Source: the human T2T-CHM13v2.0 reference genome, Homo sapiens
Direction: 5' to 3' (one strand)
Assembly: GCF_009914755.1 (NCBI RefSeq)
Contig: NC_060933.1
DNA: 64,000 bases
In this document: positions 42,806 to 56,666 of the stretch, piece after piece
Position numbering within the stretch: the stretch's first letter is position 1
How the letters are laid out: the number at the start of each line of letters is the position of its first letter
Made by a program: the position numbers and the translations under genes
The notes under the pieces: generated by a model
Databases searched by the model: none
What the model was told of the DNA's origin: nothing
The model's input: the letters and a program-made list of their open reading frames with translations, nothing else

Positions 42806-45556
42806 TTTGTAAAACGTTTCTTAGATACCTGATTTTCAGTTTCACATTCTAGTCACAAACATATTCGTACCTCCACATGCTGCATAGCTTGGCCTATCTC
42901 CTTTGGAGAAGGATGCTGATCTATAACATATCCCTTTTGTTGTGGTCACATTTTCCTGGTTCTTCATATATATAGCAATTTTGAATTATATCATGGCTTA
43001 TTTTAATGCAGCTATTAACAATAATTTATTTAAAAGGTGAAAATCTAATATAAATGCCCCAAATATTAGGACAAGAGGGAAAGCCTGGGCAGACTGGAAT
43101 ATCAGCCTAACTACAGAGCAAATGGAAGATTCCTACCAGTTGAGGCTCTAGGAATCATAGTATAAATTCTTTAAAATCACATTGAAGATTTTAACCTGAT
43201 TTGTGGCTTGTAAGATTCATTTTATTCAGTATTTTTTAGTGTTAACTTATTTTCCAGGCACCAGGTTATACTAGGGGGTACTAAAATGAATAAAATTTAT
43301 TTCTCAACCATCAAAATTGCATTTAAGATAGCTTGATGAGAGACGGCCATGGTAATGGGGTTAGTGAGGGATAAAATTCCAGTCAGAAGGAATAACACTT
43401 TTAAAGTCGTTGTTGAAGAATGAAGCCTTGACTGGAAAAGCCACTTCATGTGGATACATGTTATTTCTAGTTTTTAAAATGGATTTTGTTTTTGAACGCA
43501 ATTTTGAATAGAAATATTTTATAATCAATCCACCAATGTAGAAAGCCAATCCCTTTAGGGGTATATATATAAGAATATTTTAACAATTATATCATCCAAG
43601 TATTTTGGCTTCTTTTTTTGCTCTAAGAAATGTACTATTTTGGATGGTAACCTACGTGGGTTACCCCTTTTAGAGGAATAATTTTACAGAAGAGGACCTA
43701 ATTTTCATTGTGAAGATGAAATTCTTCCCATTACCACCAATACCATCGTAGTGGAAAAATATTCTTGAATATGAGTTTGATGCCACCTCTGTGCTGAGAT
43801 TTGCCAAAGGGTATAATTCAGTTTTAAAGACATCTTGTTGGAAATCAAGGAGATGAGGGGGCAATAAATGACCCATGGACTTCAAATCTAAATAGTGCAT
43901 TTTTAGTCTTATCTGTTCACAGGCCAACACAAAGGATCCCATCACCCAGGTCCTTCCTGCCAGAGATCAAATCTTTATTTTGGAATGAACCACATTTGTC
44001 TTTGTAAAACAGGGGCAGAACCACGCTCTGCCCTGCCAGCCTCCAGAGAACTTGGACAATGTGAAAAGCTCACTTTCTATATTTGAGAAGTCTCATGGTT
44101 GCATTCAAGAAAAGGGCAGAATTGTTTTTTATAAGTAGGAATCCATAATTCAAATCATAATCATTCTCATAATGCCAGACTATGAGAGTGATGCCTAACC
44201 ATTTTTACCCTAATTAAAAGTATCTGAAAGGTAAGGATAGTTCTCAAATGAGTTATGCTACCTATTAGTTAGACTTGCCCTGCAAAGAGTAGAGGCTTAA
44301 AATGATTCATCTTTGAACCTGCTTCATTTATCCCTGCTGCCAATACAAAACCCTAACACTATCCAACCAGATATACAGTCACTCAAGGCGATAAGATATG
44401 CAATTTTATTCAAGGGAATTCTGCCTCTCTGCTTGCTCCAAAAGAAGAGTCACCAAAATACACTGTGGAGAGAGAAATGAGAGCCAAACTTGACCCTTGT
44501 ATGCTAGGCAACTCTGCCCACAATGAGATGAGAGATCACTGCCAGGACTGCACAGGCAACCCCGATGTTCTGGACAAGAGACCAGTGGCAGGTGCAGGAG
44601 TCAGAATTGCCCAGTAACAACACAGTTGAGTGCCAGATAGGCAGGGCTGCCCACAGCCAGCGAGATGAGCAATGCGCCAGTGAGAAATGCCAGTGGGCAG
44701 GAAACAAAGAGACAGAATTCTGTTGACCAAAGAGGAGTCTTCATTCTGGCATATTCACTCAAAAAAAGCTCACATGAAAGAAAAGATTGAAACTGTTGAA
44801 GTGGACATGCCAGGAGTAGGATACCCAGATAGCTATACCAAGTAGGTGTGAGCAATCACCACTGCCTGATTGCTCTGCCAAAGCAGAAGTGTAAAACAAA
44901 AACATTTAAAGCTAAAGTTAGGCAAATGGCAGAAAGAAGACAAGTAGATTCAAACCTGAAAGGAAAATCCCTCAAGAAGACCTAACAACTAAAACTGAAG
45001 CAAGTAAAAATTCTAATACAAAATAAACAAATACAACAAATATAAAATAGAAATCAAAACAACCTTTTTTGCCAGTTTATTGTCTATATTCAGATGGAAG
45101 CAATCATAGAAGATCTTATTGATGGATTCTATTGGAAAAGGAAAAGAAATATGTGTTGAGGTATGGAGATGAGGACATAGTTTAACCCATACAACAAACA
45201 AAAAGGAAAAATTATCAGATAAAAATTGTTTATTTTCTAAAAAAAAAAAAAAAAAAAGTATTGTTGTAACACCACAGCAGGTCCACCTGGAGAGGACATC
45301 AAAACAGTTTATTTTTTCCATATTGTATCATTTGTGTTTTCGCACTAACTGATGTTGAGAAATTGCAAGATTTTACTTTTATTGTCTTTCACAGTAATAG
45401 CAAAGGACATATACAGTACTTGGTATTATGAGAATCAGGCACATCCTACAAAACAGATGGGTGAGAGAGAATGGAATTTTATAAATTGTCACTATGTGAT
45501 TATTGACAATTTACCTTTTTTATTCAGAAAGTATGTAAAAGTAAATTTAAGTGTAG

Positions 45557-45910
<354 letters not shown>

Positions 45911-48344
45911 TCAATATTTCTTCTTAAAAATGCAAATTGAGAGCTAAGGTATCTGCCTGAAACTTGAATGACAGTCAAACTGAAAATCACCTTATGTGAT
46001 TTAGATCAACCTTCAGCAGAACACAACACAGCCTATAAACAATTCAACCTAAAAAAAAAAATCACCACACGAAACCTAATTGAATTCAACATAAAAGGGC
46101 AAATAAATATAATTAAATATCCACAGCTCTTAGAGGTCCTTTTTACTCTTGATAACTAAATAAAATGGATTGATTTCTCATTCTGTGTACTGTGGTATAG
46201 TCCACACTCTAGGAGAATCTGTGGATTTAAAGTGAGGGTGGGGCTCATTGTTCTCATCATTTTTCTTTAGGTATTTCTGTACTTAATGATTTTTCAGTAC
46301 ATTCCCATTATTCCTGATCCTGTGCCTGTTTTCCTCTTCTTGACCCATGGCTACTTAAAACTTGGCCATTATTCCTACTCTTCAACCACCAAAGCACTAC
46401 TTCTTTCTTACAAGCCCAGTACATGTAGTGAACTTACATTGAAAAGTTAAAGACACCATAGGGTGACTAGACCAGAGCATAGAATAGTAAACAACATGAA
46501 AGTCAACATCAGGTAACACTGTAAACATTTCTTGGCCAGAACTACCATAGAATTATGGTTTAAGAGTTGTACTTTTCACGAACCTCCAGTCATTAGGTAA
46601 TAGATATATTCTCTGAAGTCATATCCCTTCTTCACATTTGATAAGCCATGTCCCTTCTTCAGAGAAATGAATCAAAATGATGTTACTTTATTATACATGA
46701 GAATTCAGCTTTCAAACCCTTTTCTACATTAGCCTTCCCAGAAAGCACCTTTTCATAGACCCCATGTTAAATAAGCCTTCTGGTGTTTTGTTAAAAAAAA
46801 AATGGTTGCTACAACACATCTCCACTCTTACTACAACTGAGATCAAACAGAGCCTTAAAATTAGCTTTTCTTTACCTTGGGCCAAATTAAATTCTTATCC
46901 AGAGTTTCTTCTCCCACCAATCAGGACTCATATTTTAAACAATAATGTATTTCTAGCTCCAAGAAGAACAATTTACAGGGTTAGTCTAGAAAGTCCTTGG
47001 GAGTTTGAGAATTTTTTTCTGACCATAGAGTACAGGAAAGCGAAGACAAAATGAGGTCTTAACTTTATTTTTACTTTCCATATTTCAGAGGAACTACAGG
47101 GATGAGGAAAGAGAAATATAGAAAATATGGGAGGAGAGAAGCCCTAAGAACTGGTCCAAATTTTGGGAAGCTTGGTGTTATAATTATTGCAAGATTCAGA
47201 GGAAATACATAGAATTGTATAAAGAAGAGACTGCATTCAGATGCTTCACCAATAAAAGTCCATTTGGGTGGATTATTTCTGGAGTGGTAAAGGGGAGCCG
47301 GCAGGGGTCATTTGCAAGGACTTTCGCCTCATTGACTTTTGCTTTCTCCAGGGTCCTTTTTGGCTGATCTGTCATCTATGGTTCAGTAGGAGAGGAGTTA
47401 TTTTCTCTCTCTCCCTTTTCGCCTCGTGGATCTTGGCTCTTTAGGATGGTGCTTAGCTCTGACAACAGCTGGCTACTGTCAGTTTTGTGTGGGGTTATGA
47501 AATACAGCAGTTCAGTGTTTATTTCAGAGATCTTTTTGAAAACACTCGTGTTTGGCTTCCACCTCTGACTGCCTGAACCTCTGTGTTTACTCATTATGGA
47601 AAAAAAAGGAAAGAAAAAGACAAGAGGCTCTCTGTGACAATAAGAATACTCTTCAAAAAGCAGGCTGCCGTGTTTGGGGAAAAGAAATTAAGATAATGGT
47701 GAGGCTAATGCAATCTGCGCCCACCCTGTCTGGTGGTCTGGTGACTGATGAGGACGTCTGAGTGAGATCACGTGGAAGTTTGAACACCCTGGTCTGTGCC
47801 TCACTTACTCACTAGCTTTCCAGCTCAAGATTTTGAACGGTTCTACTGCTGGCCCCCTCTTTGGGTGATTATTTCTTTCAGTTGGTCTAGATACTATTTC
47901 CTCAGAAATAGTCATTCAGGCAATCTCTTCCCTTTCCTCTAGCCTTTTGTTGCTTCTGTCTCCATAAAGTAATCTCAAATGATAGGAAAAGCTTTAAGAT
48001 TAAAGTCAGACACACATGGATTCAAATTATAACTCTGACAGCTCAACCAACTATATGAACAGGGGCCCTCTATCCATTTGCAGAGCCTCAATTTATTGCC
48101 TATCTGGCATTTTCATCCAGATACAGTAGAAAAGAAGTTACAAAAAAGGAGGACATTTCTTAAGGGCAAAGAAAAAATTTTAAATTAGATAAGAAGAAAA
48201 TCATCAACCACCCTACATTTATATGTCTAGGTTTTCAACATACTGAGTCATGGCTTTCCATGATTCTAACTTGCAATAGCTTGAATAGTAAAGAATTTCC
48301 AGAGCCAGTCACTTAGCAGAGGTTCAATAAAGACTTGAGAAGCT

Positions 48345-48585
48345 GGGAGATTTGGAATGAACCCAGCCTTTAAAATCAGAGAGCCCTAAGTTTAATTCTT
48401 AGCTCTGCTACTTGCTGGTTGGGTGATTTAAGGTGGTTGTCTGACCTCTTTGGCTCTACTTTTTCCTCTAAAAAACAATATTTATAATGTTCACCTCTTA
48501 AAAGTGTCATAAAAATTAAACAGGATGAATTGTATAACGTGGTAATTCCAGCATAAAATAAGTATTCAATAACTATTAGTTCCCT
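48345..48585 (+). mobile_element. MIR
   Basis: 'agctctgctacttgctgg...ttttcctctaaaaaac...agtattcaataactattagt'. Confidence 0.7.
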
Positions 48586-49156
48586 TACATCAACCAACTA
48601 TAATTTCACAAGGATTCCTGGCCGAGAAGGTAGTCTCAGGACTTAGGTGGAAAAATTGAACATCTTTTAAGTGACCAACCCTAAAGCTATATACATCAAA
48701 TTTTATGTCACAATTTACAATCCACACCAAGCTGCTTTTCTGTCAGGGAACCAGACAGACCCAAAATGCACAGAAAACATACAAAAGGAATCCCATCATT
48801 GACACAGCCTGTCTAATCATGAACCCTTTTCTTATTTCAAAGACAAAAGTCTACCTAGAAGGACCAAAGTGAGATTGATGCAGCAATGGGCAAATATGCA
48901 ATATTGTGATCAGGGATCCTAGGTCCCTCCCTCTATGCATTTTGCCTTTAATGTTCTCCATTTTTTCCATGGACGACAGGGACATTGGGGGAGAAAAAGA
49001 TATTTTTTATAATTTTCATCAAAAAATGGCATTCGGAGTCAAAGGTACTGAATCAGAATTGAAAGAACGAAATTGTTTCCCAGTGTCCTTTCTACTGTTT
49101 GCAAAGGACAGTTTCACAAACCCTGGGACTTGGTGAGCATTTTTTCTGCAAATACA

Positions 49157-49175
49157 CACTGCCCTCTGTTGGTAA
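49157..49175 (-). promoter_or_regulatory. Candidate CTCF binding site
   Basis: Minus strand reads TTACCAACAGAGGGCAGTG, matching the CTCF core CCA-N-(C/T)AG(A/G)(G/T)GGC(A/G)(C/G), in unique sequence. Confidence 0.6.
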
Positions 49176-52100
49176 AATGATGCACTTCCACGCTGCTAAA
49201 AGCGCAGCAAAGATCACCTAAAGATCAGCTGCAGCTCTTAAATAAAATTACTGGAAAATGGTAAATTTTCTGTCTTAAACTTTCAGGGGCCCATTTTATC
49301 CTAGTCAGCACAAAAGAAAAGAAATTAATAACAAGAGACCTACATAAAATCTAGTGCTACTAAGCTTATTCCAGATATAATTGGTGTGAGAGATTTTTTT
49401 TAAAAGGAAACAAAAGACATACATTTTATTAAAACAAAAGGTTTTCATTTAAAACTTTTTCGTTTGTAGTTCTAACCCTCACTATGATTGTCAAGAGTAA
49501 CCTAGGCAGCTTCACTGACTTCCTTCCTATAAGACTGAAAATTGTCACTTCTTACTTGCAAAGGAACTAAAAATATCCTGCTTAGCCTTTGGCTTTGAGG
49601 ACTAAAATGCTTCTGATTGGAGTGTAAAAGCAGGGGAAAATGAGATTCATATGTGCTATAATGTTGTCTAATGTTTCCACTCTAGTTCCTTAAGTATAAC
49701 AATTTTTAAATCATAGTAACTTCTTAATTCCTAATAGTACTGTTAAGCAAAACCAAATACACCCAGATATTCAGTTCCAACGTGAGGCTCTTACCAACTC
49801 CAAGGAGCCGGTGGAAATACAAAAAAAGAATTGAAAAAAAAATGTAACCAAATAGTAAAGGAACAACGTTAACATATAGGTTCATAAGTGACAGTATTTG
49901 GTAAACAAAGGTAAGATAAAAATGAAATAGAATGCATACAGATATTATTCAGATACTCGAAGCTGATGTGGAATGTTCAAGGGAAACACAAAAGAATCTC
50001 TCTGGAGAATGAATTTTCGGCTATGTTAAAATCCGTAGTGAGCAATCTGACTGCAGTCATAGACTCAATTTTAAAATAAACTCACAGCATGCTTTTTATT
50101 ATACTGTATATGTAATGGTAATGTGAACGTCTCCTCAGTTTGTTCAATTGCTTTGACTCCAGGAAGAGCGAACCAGATTTCCAAATTAGAGAAGAGCCTT
50201 CAACAGTGATGCATTTGTAGCCACTGAGTTATAGTACCTTTTTGTAATTCTAAACAAATAAATCCACTGGAAAATCTTAACTAACAACTGGAATTGATAA
50301 ACTATTTACATTAAAAATGTAATCTGATAATTCATCTTATAAGCAGATCCACAATAGCTCCACCTGCTCTATAGATAACCAAGGGTATTCTCTAATAAGT
50401 AGCTCCCCTGTTCCCAGGAAGGAGTCTGAACAAGTCACTAAGTCAAACCCTGTCCCTGGAAAGCCTGTTCCAGGAGGAAGAGAGGTAAATGGCTGCCAGT
50501 GGGCAGTTCACTCCCAAGAAGAAGAGCAAGGCTCAAATGGGCACATCCATTGAATTATCCTTCTTGAATTAAGTAGTCAAATAAGTAACTCTACGTCCAC
50601 AGGTATAGAGGGCGGGTGTAAAGTGCAGAGAGAGACCAAGCGTGGGTTTAAAACTATCTCCACATGGAAATCAGAGAAATGGGAAATGTTTCACTCTGAA
50701 GTTCCCTAGTTCGGTCCTCTTATACCATTCTCATTTAACTACCAAATCTATAGCAAACCAGGGGTGTGTTTAGCCCCTAAAAGGAGGTGATCAGGTTTTA
50801 TCACCTTCATGAAGCTGTTCTCTCAATGCCAGCGCCAGCCCTTGAAGGTATTACCTTACAGCCACTGGTGAGCAGTTCAGATTTTTTTCAAAGTAGACCC
50901 TGGACCATATCATTAATTAAATCAACTCCAAGACCATTTTTTCATACAGGGTTGAAAATTCAATTAATATTGATTTACCTATCTCCAATTTTGTCCAACT
51001 GTATTATCCTCATTGCATATCAGAAAATCTGCAATTAGTTCAAATGACAATATTAAAATAAAATTCATAACAAAATGCAAACAACATAGAGATCCCCAAA
51101 TTTGAATTAACCACCCCGCCTCCATTACAAAATCTCCAGGGAGAAATCATAGTTAAAAAATTAAATCTTTTTGCAAGTTCAATTCTAAAGATGTTAAAGT
51201 TCAAGAAAATTAAAATCCCAAATTAAATTATCTTGCTATTACGAAAGAAAAATTCTTAGGCTAAATTAGCATCTTCAAATGACACTCTGCAATCTCGTAT
51301 TCTGCTCACTTGAGCTAAGGTTTTTCAAAGTCTGGATAGATACGGATTCTTTGAGCTGCTTTAATTTGGACTGTTAAAGTAACGTCTGTGGGTTTCTGGA
51401 GACATTGAATTAATTCAACTCTCAGAATCTCTTCTTTTAAAAGTCCACGGAGTTGATAGAACACAAAAGATACTGTATGTAGTATTGGCCTTCTACCCAC
51501 AATATTTAGAAATCGCAGCAATACCTATTCCCCAAAACACCTTCAAAATTATGTTTCCAGAATTCAGTACTATTACCAAAGATCACAGCAGAAACTCAAT
51601 GGCATCAAAAGGAAAAAGGAGAAATGGAGAAAATCTTGGCTCAGCTTCACCTGGTTGTCAGTCGGTCAATGCCAATTTTTCAGATTCCTTAGCCTGTGAA
51701 CTGTAATCCAAAAATCATTTCTTTTAGAGATTAATTTTGGCATTATTCCATTTATAGTATTAGAGAGAGGAGTCTATCTACGCATCCTATCACCCCTCAA
51801 AGGAAGGCTTTATGTTACAAAATTTAGAAATCTACAATCATGGCAGCCCTACTCACCAGATCTTGTCTTGTTTTTCTTTCCCATGGAGTTTATTAAAACC
51901 TCTTAATTTCTACCTTCCATAGTTCCAAATTGAATATGGGTTCTTTCTAGTGATGCAGCACCCACATGAGCAGACATTTTCAGTGCCTCTTCTCACTATA
52001 ACTTTCCTTACTTCAGAAATGGGCCTCCTGAGGAATATTCCTCGGTTCTAAGTAATTTGCCAATCCAGAACCACCTTAAGTCCACATACGAGAGACGAGA

Positions 52101-53809
52101 AAGCCACCTAAACATAAGCATAGTCCCTCCATTTTTATCCTTGGCCCTGAATACAGAACAGAATTTGGGGCCACCCATCAATGCCCAGCCTCCCAGGGCC
52201 TTGCACTAACAATTTAAATCTTGAAACATCCTAGTGCTCAGAGGTTCCTACAGAAGCCATATAGGTGCCTTCCAGTTGCAAAACAGCAAATATGGTTCTG
52301 TTCACCCATAGCTAAAATACTTGAAAGCTCTCTTGTCCCATAATAATGTTTTTTGCTTCAGCCCTAGCTATAGCTCCACTCTGAAATTTTCCCTTACTAA
52401 GGCCCTGTGACCCATGCTTTTGCTTCTTTGCCTGCACAGGGAGATCAGACCTGCTTACTCTAAATGAATCCTCACCTCCACTGTGCCTATTCATTAAGGC
52501 CTCTACAACCCATTGGCCCCCAGCAAAGATCTGTCTAGCCTTTTCCCAGTCCATTCACACAGCACTCAAATGGGCCCTCTGCACACCTCGGCCAGAGCCA
52601 AATACTTTTATAATAGCCGTTTACTTATAGTCAATCGCCAAGGTCAGAACACCATGTGACTGGTTTAAAGCCTCTGGCCCAGGCCACAGCAGTTAAAAGC
52701 AAACAACACAACTATAAAACTCTCCCTGGCCTCATATAAGCCTCTGCAAACTGCCAAGGTCACAATGGCCTGCCTCACCAAAAACCTTCCTAGAGTGTAT
52801 TTGCTCCCCTAATTTCAAGTCTCTTATTTTTTGTTCTTTGTTCCAGTCAGTGCACCAAATGCTGGAGTCTTCAAGAGATGCCCCAAAAATAGCACACCTC
52901 TTCTTACCCAGGTTCTCAACAAATTGAGAAATAAAACCAAGTACCGACAAACAGAAAACTTAAATCATTATTACTTTTATTATTAATAAAGACCAAGTTG
53001 GAGAATATAGCTTAGCATGAGGGTCTTTAGTTTTCCTACTACTGAATCTCAGACTTAGGGAGCTTTTATCCATCTAGATACAGCAGTCCTGGTTTTCCCT
53101 GCCCCCAAGCATCATTAAATTTTTCTTCCCAAATATACCAATCATGTAAGTTACTCTGTCTCTCCAGAGGCACGGTGAGTAATGGATAAGAATAAGTATA
53201 GAACCTGAGTCGAAAAGAATTCATTCTTATGAAAACCAGAGAAACGAGGAGAAAGACGTACTCTGGTGACACTTCATACAATGTGGAAAAATTGCTGGTT
53301 ACTGATATGGCTCTCCTGACCATGAGGTAGTTCAGTGCAGAGTCCTTATCTCTTTGATTCTTAGATCTTCAGTGCCCAGGACTATGCTTGACATTTTTAT
53401 ATCTATTTATGCCTCACCTCTAAAAAGATTTAAGGTAACATTAGGGTTTGAAAAATAACCCATAAAACAACTGGATTTAAAGGAAAATGAAAATAAGAAA
53501 ATAAGATCAACTTATATAAATTATTGGTATATAAAAATATGACCTCCTAATGAAATTATTTTCAGCTTCTGGCATTTGGTTCAAAAAGAAAACATAGACA
53601 CCTACACCCTTGCTACCCAGTGTGACCAAACAGGCATGACTGGAAGCTTGTAGGTACAAATTTATCATGTACCTAAAAAAAAGCCCGAAATATTAATATT
53701 TGGGAAACAGCACAAATAATGATCTAAGTTCGTGTATGTGAAAATACAACACAAGAATCACAGGTGCGTAACAAGAAGCGGACAAAAGCAAAAGTAAAAG
53801 AAAAATACA

Positions 53810-53850
53810 GGAGAGAGAGAGAGAGAGAGACAAAAAGAGAGGAAGAGAGA
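53810..53850. repeat. (GA)n / purine-rich tract
   Basis: Read directly from the sequence. Confidence 0.85.
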
Positions 53851-55085
53851 TTGAAGCTGTAAGAAGAGCCCAGATCATGCTGGGGCTTTGGAGATCATAC
53901 TACAGACTTTGGACTTGATCCAGAGGACAATGGAAAGCCATTAAAAGCTTTATTTGCTGTTCCTGTGGTTGCAAAGAATAATATGGTCAACCACTTCAGA
54001 TTTTCCTGCTTTAGAACATAATAGAGTTGGATTTGGTGTTCTATGTGTACAACACAAATCTCCAAATCAGGACATTTTTGTGAGTGAAAGAAAACACTCA
54101 AAATTATTTAATGACAACAGACAACAACCTGGTCTGTCCTTAGCAAATCAGGACTTAACGGTCATTACAAATCCCCAAGTCCTATGACCCTCTGTCCCAC
54201 TTTCTGTCAGCCAGCACTACCACTATACCATACTGCCCAAGAGGCCACATTCTACTTAGCACAATGAAGCAGTGAGAGCCAGTCTAAAGTGTCAAACAAT
54301 TTTCTTTCATTTCATAATTCCGTGGACACATATTATAAGCCCATAAAATTCAACAGCCCATAAAAATACACAGCTTGATTTTATAAAACTCTCACTTTAC
54401 CACAACTGCTCAATGTTAACCCCCTTCACCTTCATTTCACCAAAGAATGAGTGTTTTAAAACAAGCATAATACACGGATTCAATAATTTTTTGAAACATG
54501 AAAATGCCTTGATATAACAAAGCATAACAAATGGAAATGATTTCTCCCTGACTGTTATTTTCAGATTAAGGTTAGTTTGTCTTGATTCATCCTAAAATGC
54601 TTTCCTTCAGTGTATTTTTGTCCACTTAAGTCACAGGCTTAGACAAGTCCCACTTACTGCCCACCAGGATCAGACATGAGTGGGATTTTAAAAATATGAT
54701 TTAATGTTGGAAATTTCAAATAAGTCATTAGAAATCAAAGGTCAAATCCTGATTAATTTTTATTACATGTGAATAATAAACATATTGTAGGACTTTCTAC
54801 AAATAGTTTTCTAATCTGTCATGGAAAAATTCTCCTAATATTAAAAGATGCAGCAGTGATTAAAAGTTATGACATGAAACTGTATAAAGAGTATGATCTC
54901 AATACTATATATAAAATGTAAAGTACATATATAACATATATTTATGTAGGTATGCAAAAAATTAACAATGGCAAAAACTAACAATGGCAAGATTCTGAAT
55001 AATTTTGGTTTTCCACTTTTTTACGTATTTAAAAGAATGATGTACATCAGCAGAGTTCCTTTTAAGTTTTAAACAGGGAAGCTGG

Positions 55086-55415
55086 TACTTCTCAAAGTTT
55101 AATGCACATACAAATCAACTTGTAAACTTGTTAAAATGCAAAATCTGATTCACTAGTCTGGGGTAGGACCTGAGATTCTGCAGTTGTAAAAAGCTCCCAG
55201 GTGATGCAAAAGTTGCCAATCCAAGGACCACATATTTAGGGTCAAGGCCATAGAACTCAAGCTGTCCAACATGGTTGCACCTTAACATCATTTGGAGAGT
55301 TTTTACAAGCACTGATGAGTAGGTCCCACTGCCAGAGATTTCAGTTTAATTGGTTTGGGCTGAGTATCAGGGATTTTAAAACTTCTCAGGTGATACTAAT
55401 GTGCTACAGAAGTTT
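55086..55415. mobile_element. Two adjacent MER5 MITEs (MER5A-like ~55086-55245, MER5B-like ~55258-55415)
   Basis: 'cttgttaaaatgcaaaatctgattc...aagctcccaggtgatgc' and 'ccagagatttcagtttaattggtttggg...caggtgatactaatgtgc'. Confidence 0.8.
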
Positions 55416-55433
55416 ACATTCCAAAAGGTCTGA

Positions 55434-56061
55434 TTATATATGAATATATATATATAAAATATATGGTTTTATATATATGTATATATTTATATATATAAAA
55501 TATATGGTTTTATATGTATATATTTAATATATATTTATATATTAAATATACATAATTTACATATATAATTATATATAAATATATATTAATATATAATTAT
55601 ATATAATTATAATTATATATAAATATATATTAATATATAATTATATATAAATATAATTATATATTAATTATATATATAATTATATATATAGTATACATAA
55701 TATATATTATACATTATATATAATAATATATATTATTAAATATATATATAATAATATATATTATTATATATATATAATAATATATATTATTATATATATA
55801 TAATATATATTATTATATATATATAATATATATTATATATATATATAATAATATATATAATATAATTATATATTATTAAATATATATATAATAATATATA
55901 TAATATAATTATATATTATTAAATAATATATAATTATATATATAAATATATATAATTATATATATATAAATATATATATAATTATATATTATTAAATATA
56001 TATAATTATATATATAAATATATATAATTATATATAAATATATATTTATTTTTTTATTTTA

Positions 56062-56119
<58 letters not shown>
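55434..56119. repeat. ~680 bp TA-rich low-complexity/VNTR tract ending in pure (TA)22
   Basis: Almost only A/T with recurring ATATAATTATAT-type units; (TA)22 at 56069-56112. Confidence 0.97.
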
Positions 56120-56666
56120 CATTTTATTGTGAGTGATTCCTGTGTAGCTTTATGTTCTATGTGATAGGACATTTGCCTTTGTATTACTTTAGATGTGCAT
56201 ATTTTTTCAACAATTGCTCTTGAGTTTTCCAAAAATAAGAAAGCAACATCATCACTCATAGCTCCATCTCTAAAATGACCTCTTTAGAGGAAAATCTCAG
56301 GAAGCCAACACTGTGTTCACTGGAAGCTAAATTCAACACTGCAAGGGAATGGGCCACAATGTCAAAGAAGACATGCAGCACATCACAGATGCAAAGAGTT
56401 CCATCTACTTTTCATTTGATATTCAGCTTTTATTCATCTTAGAATCAGCAAGTATTATGTCTTTTTCTTGAAGTGTTCTGGTCTTGAGCCAGCTACTTAA
56501 TCTTTCAAAGGCCCATGGATGAAATGAAGGGATACCATCAAATGATCCCCACATTCCCTTTTGATTCTGAAGCTCTGAGTTTCTCGCTTTTTCCTCTATC
56601 CATTCTTTCTACTCCTCATTGTCACTGTCAATGTCAACATTATCATCTCAAATACTCCCCTGTAGA

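Noticed and set aside
43670-43945. 91-aa minus-strand ORF as a processed pseudogene or exon
   Set aside because: No protein I recognise, no poly-A or TSD, no good splice sites; length is within chance expectation.
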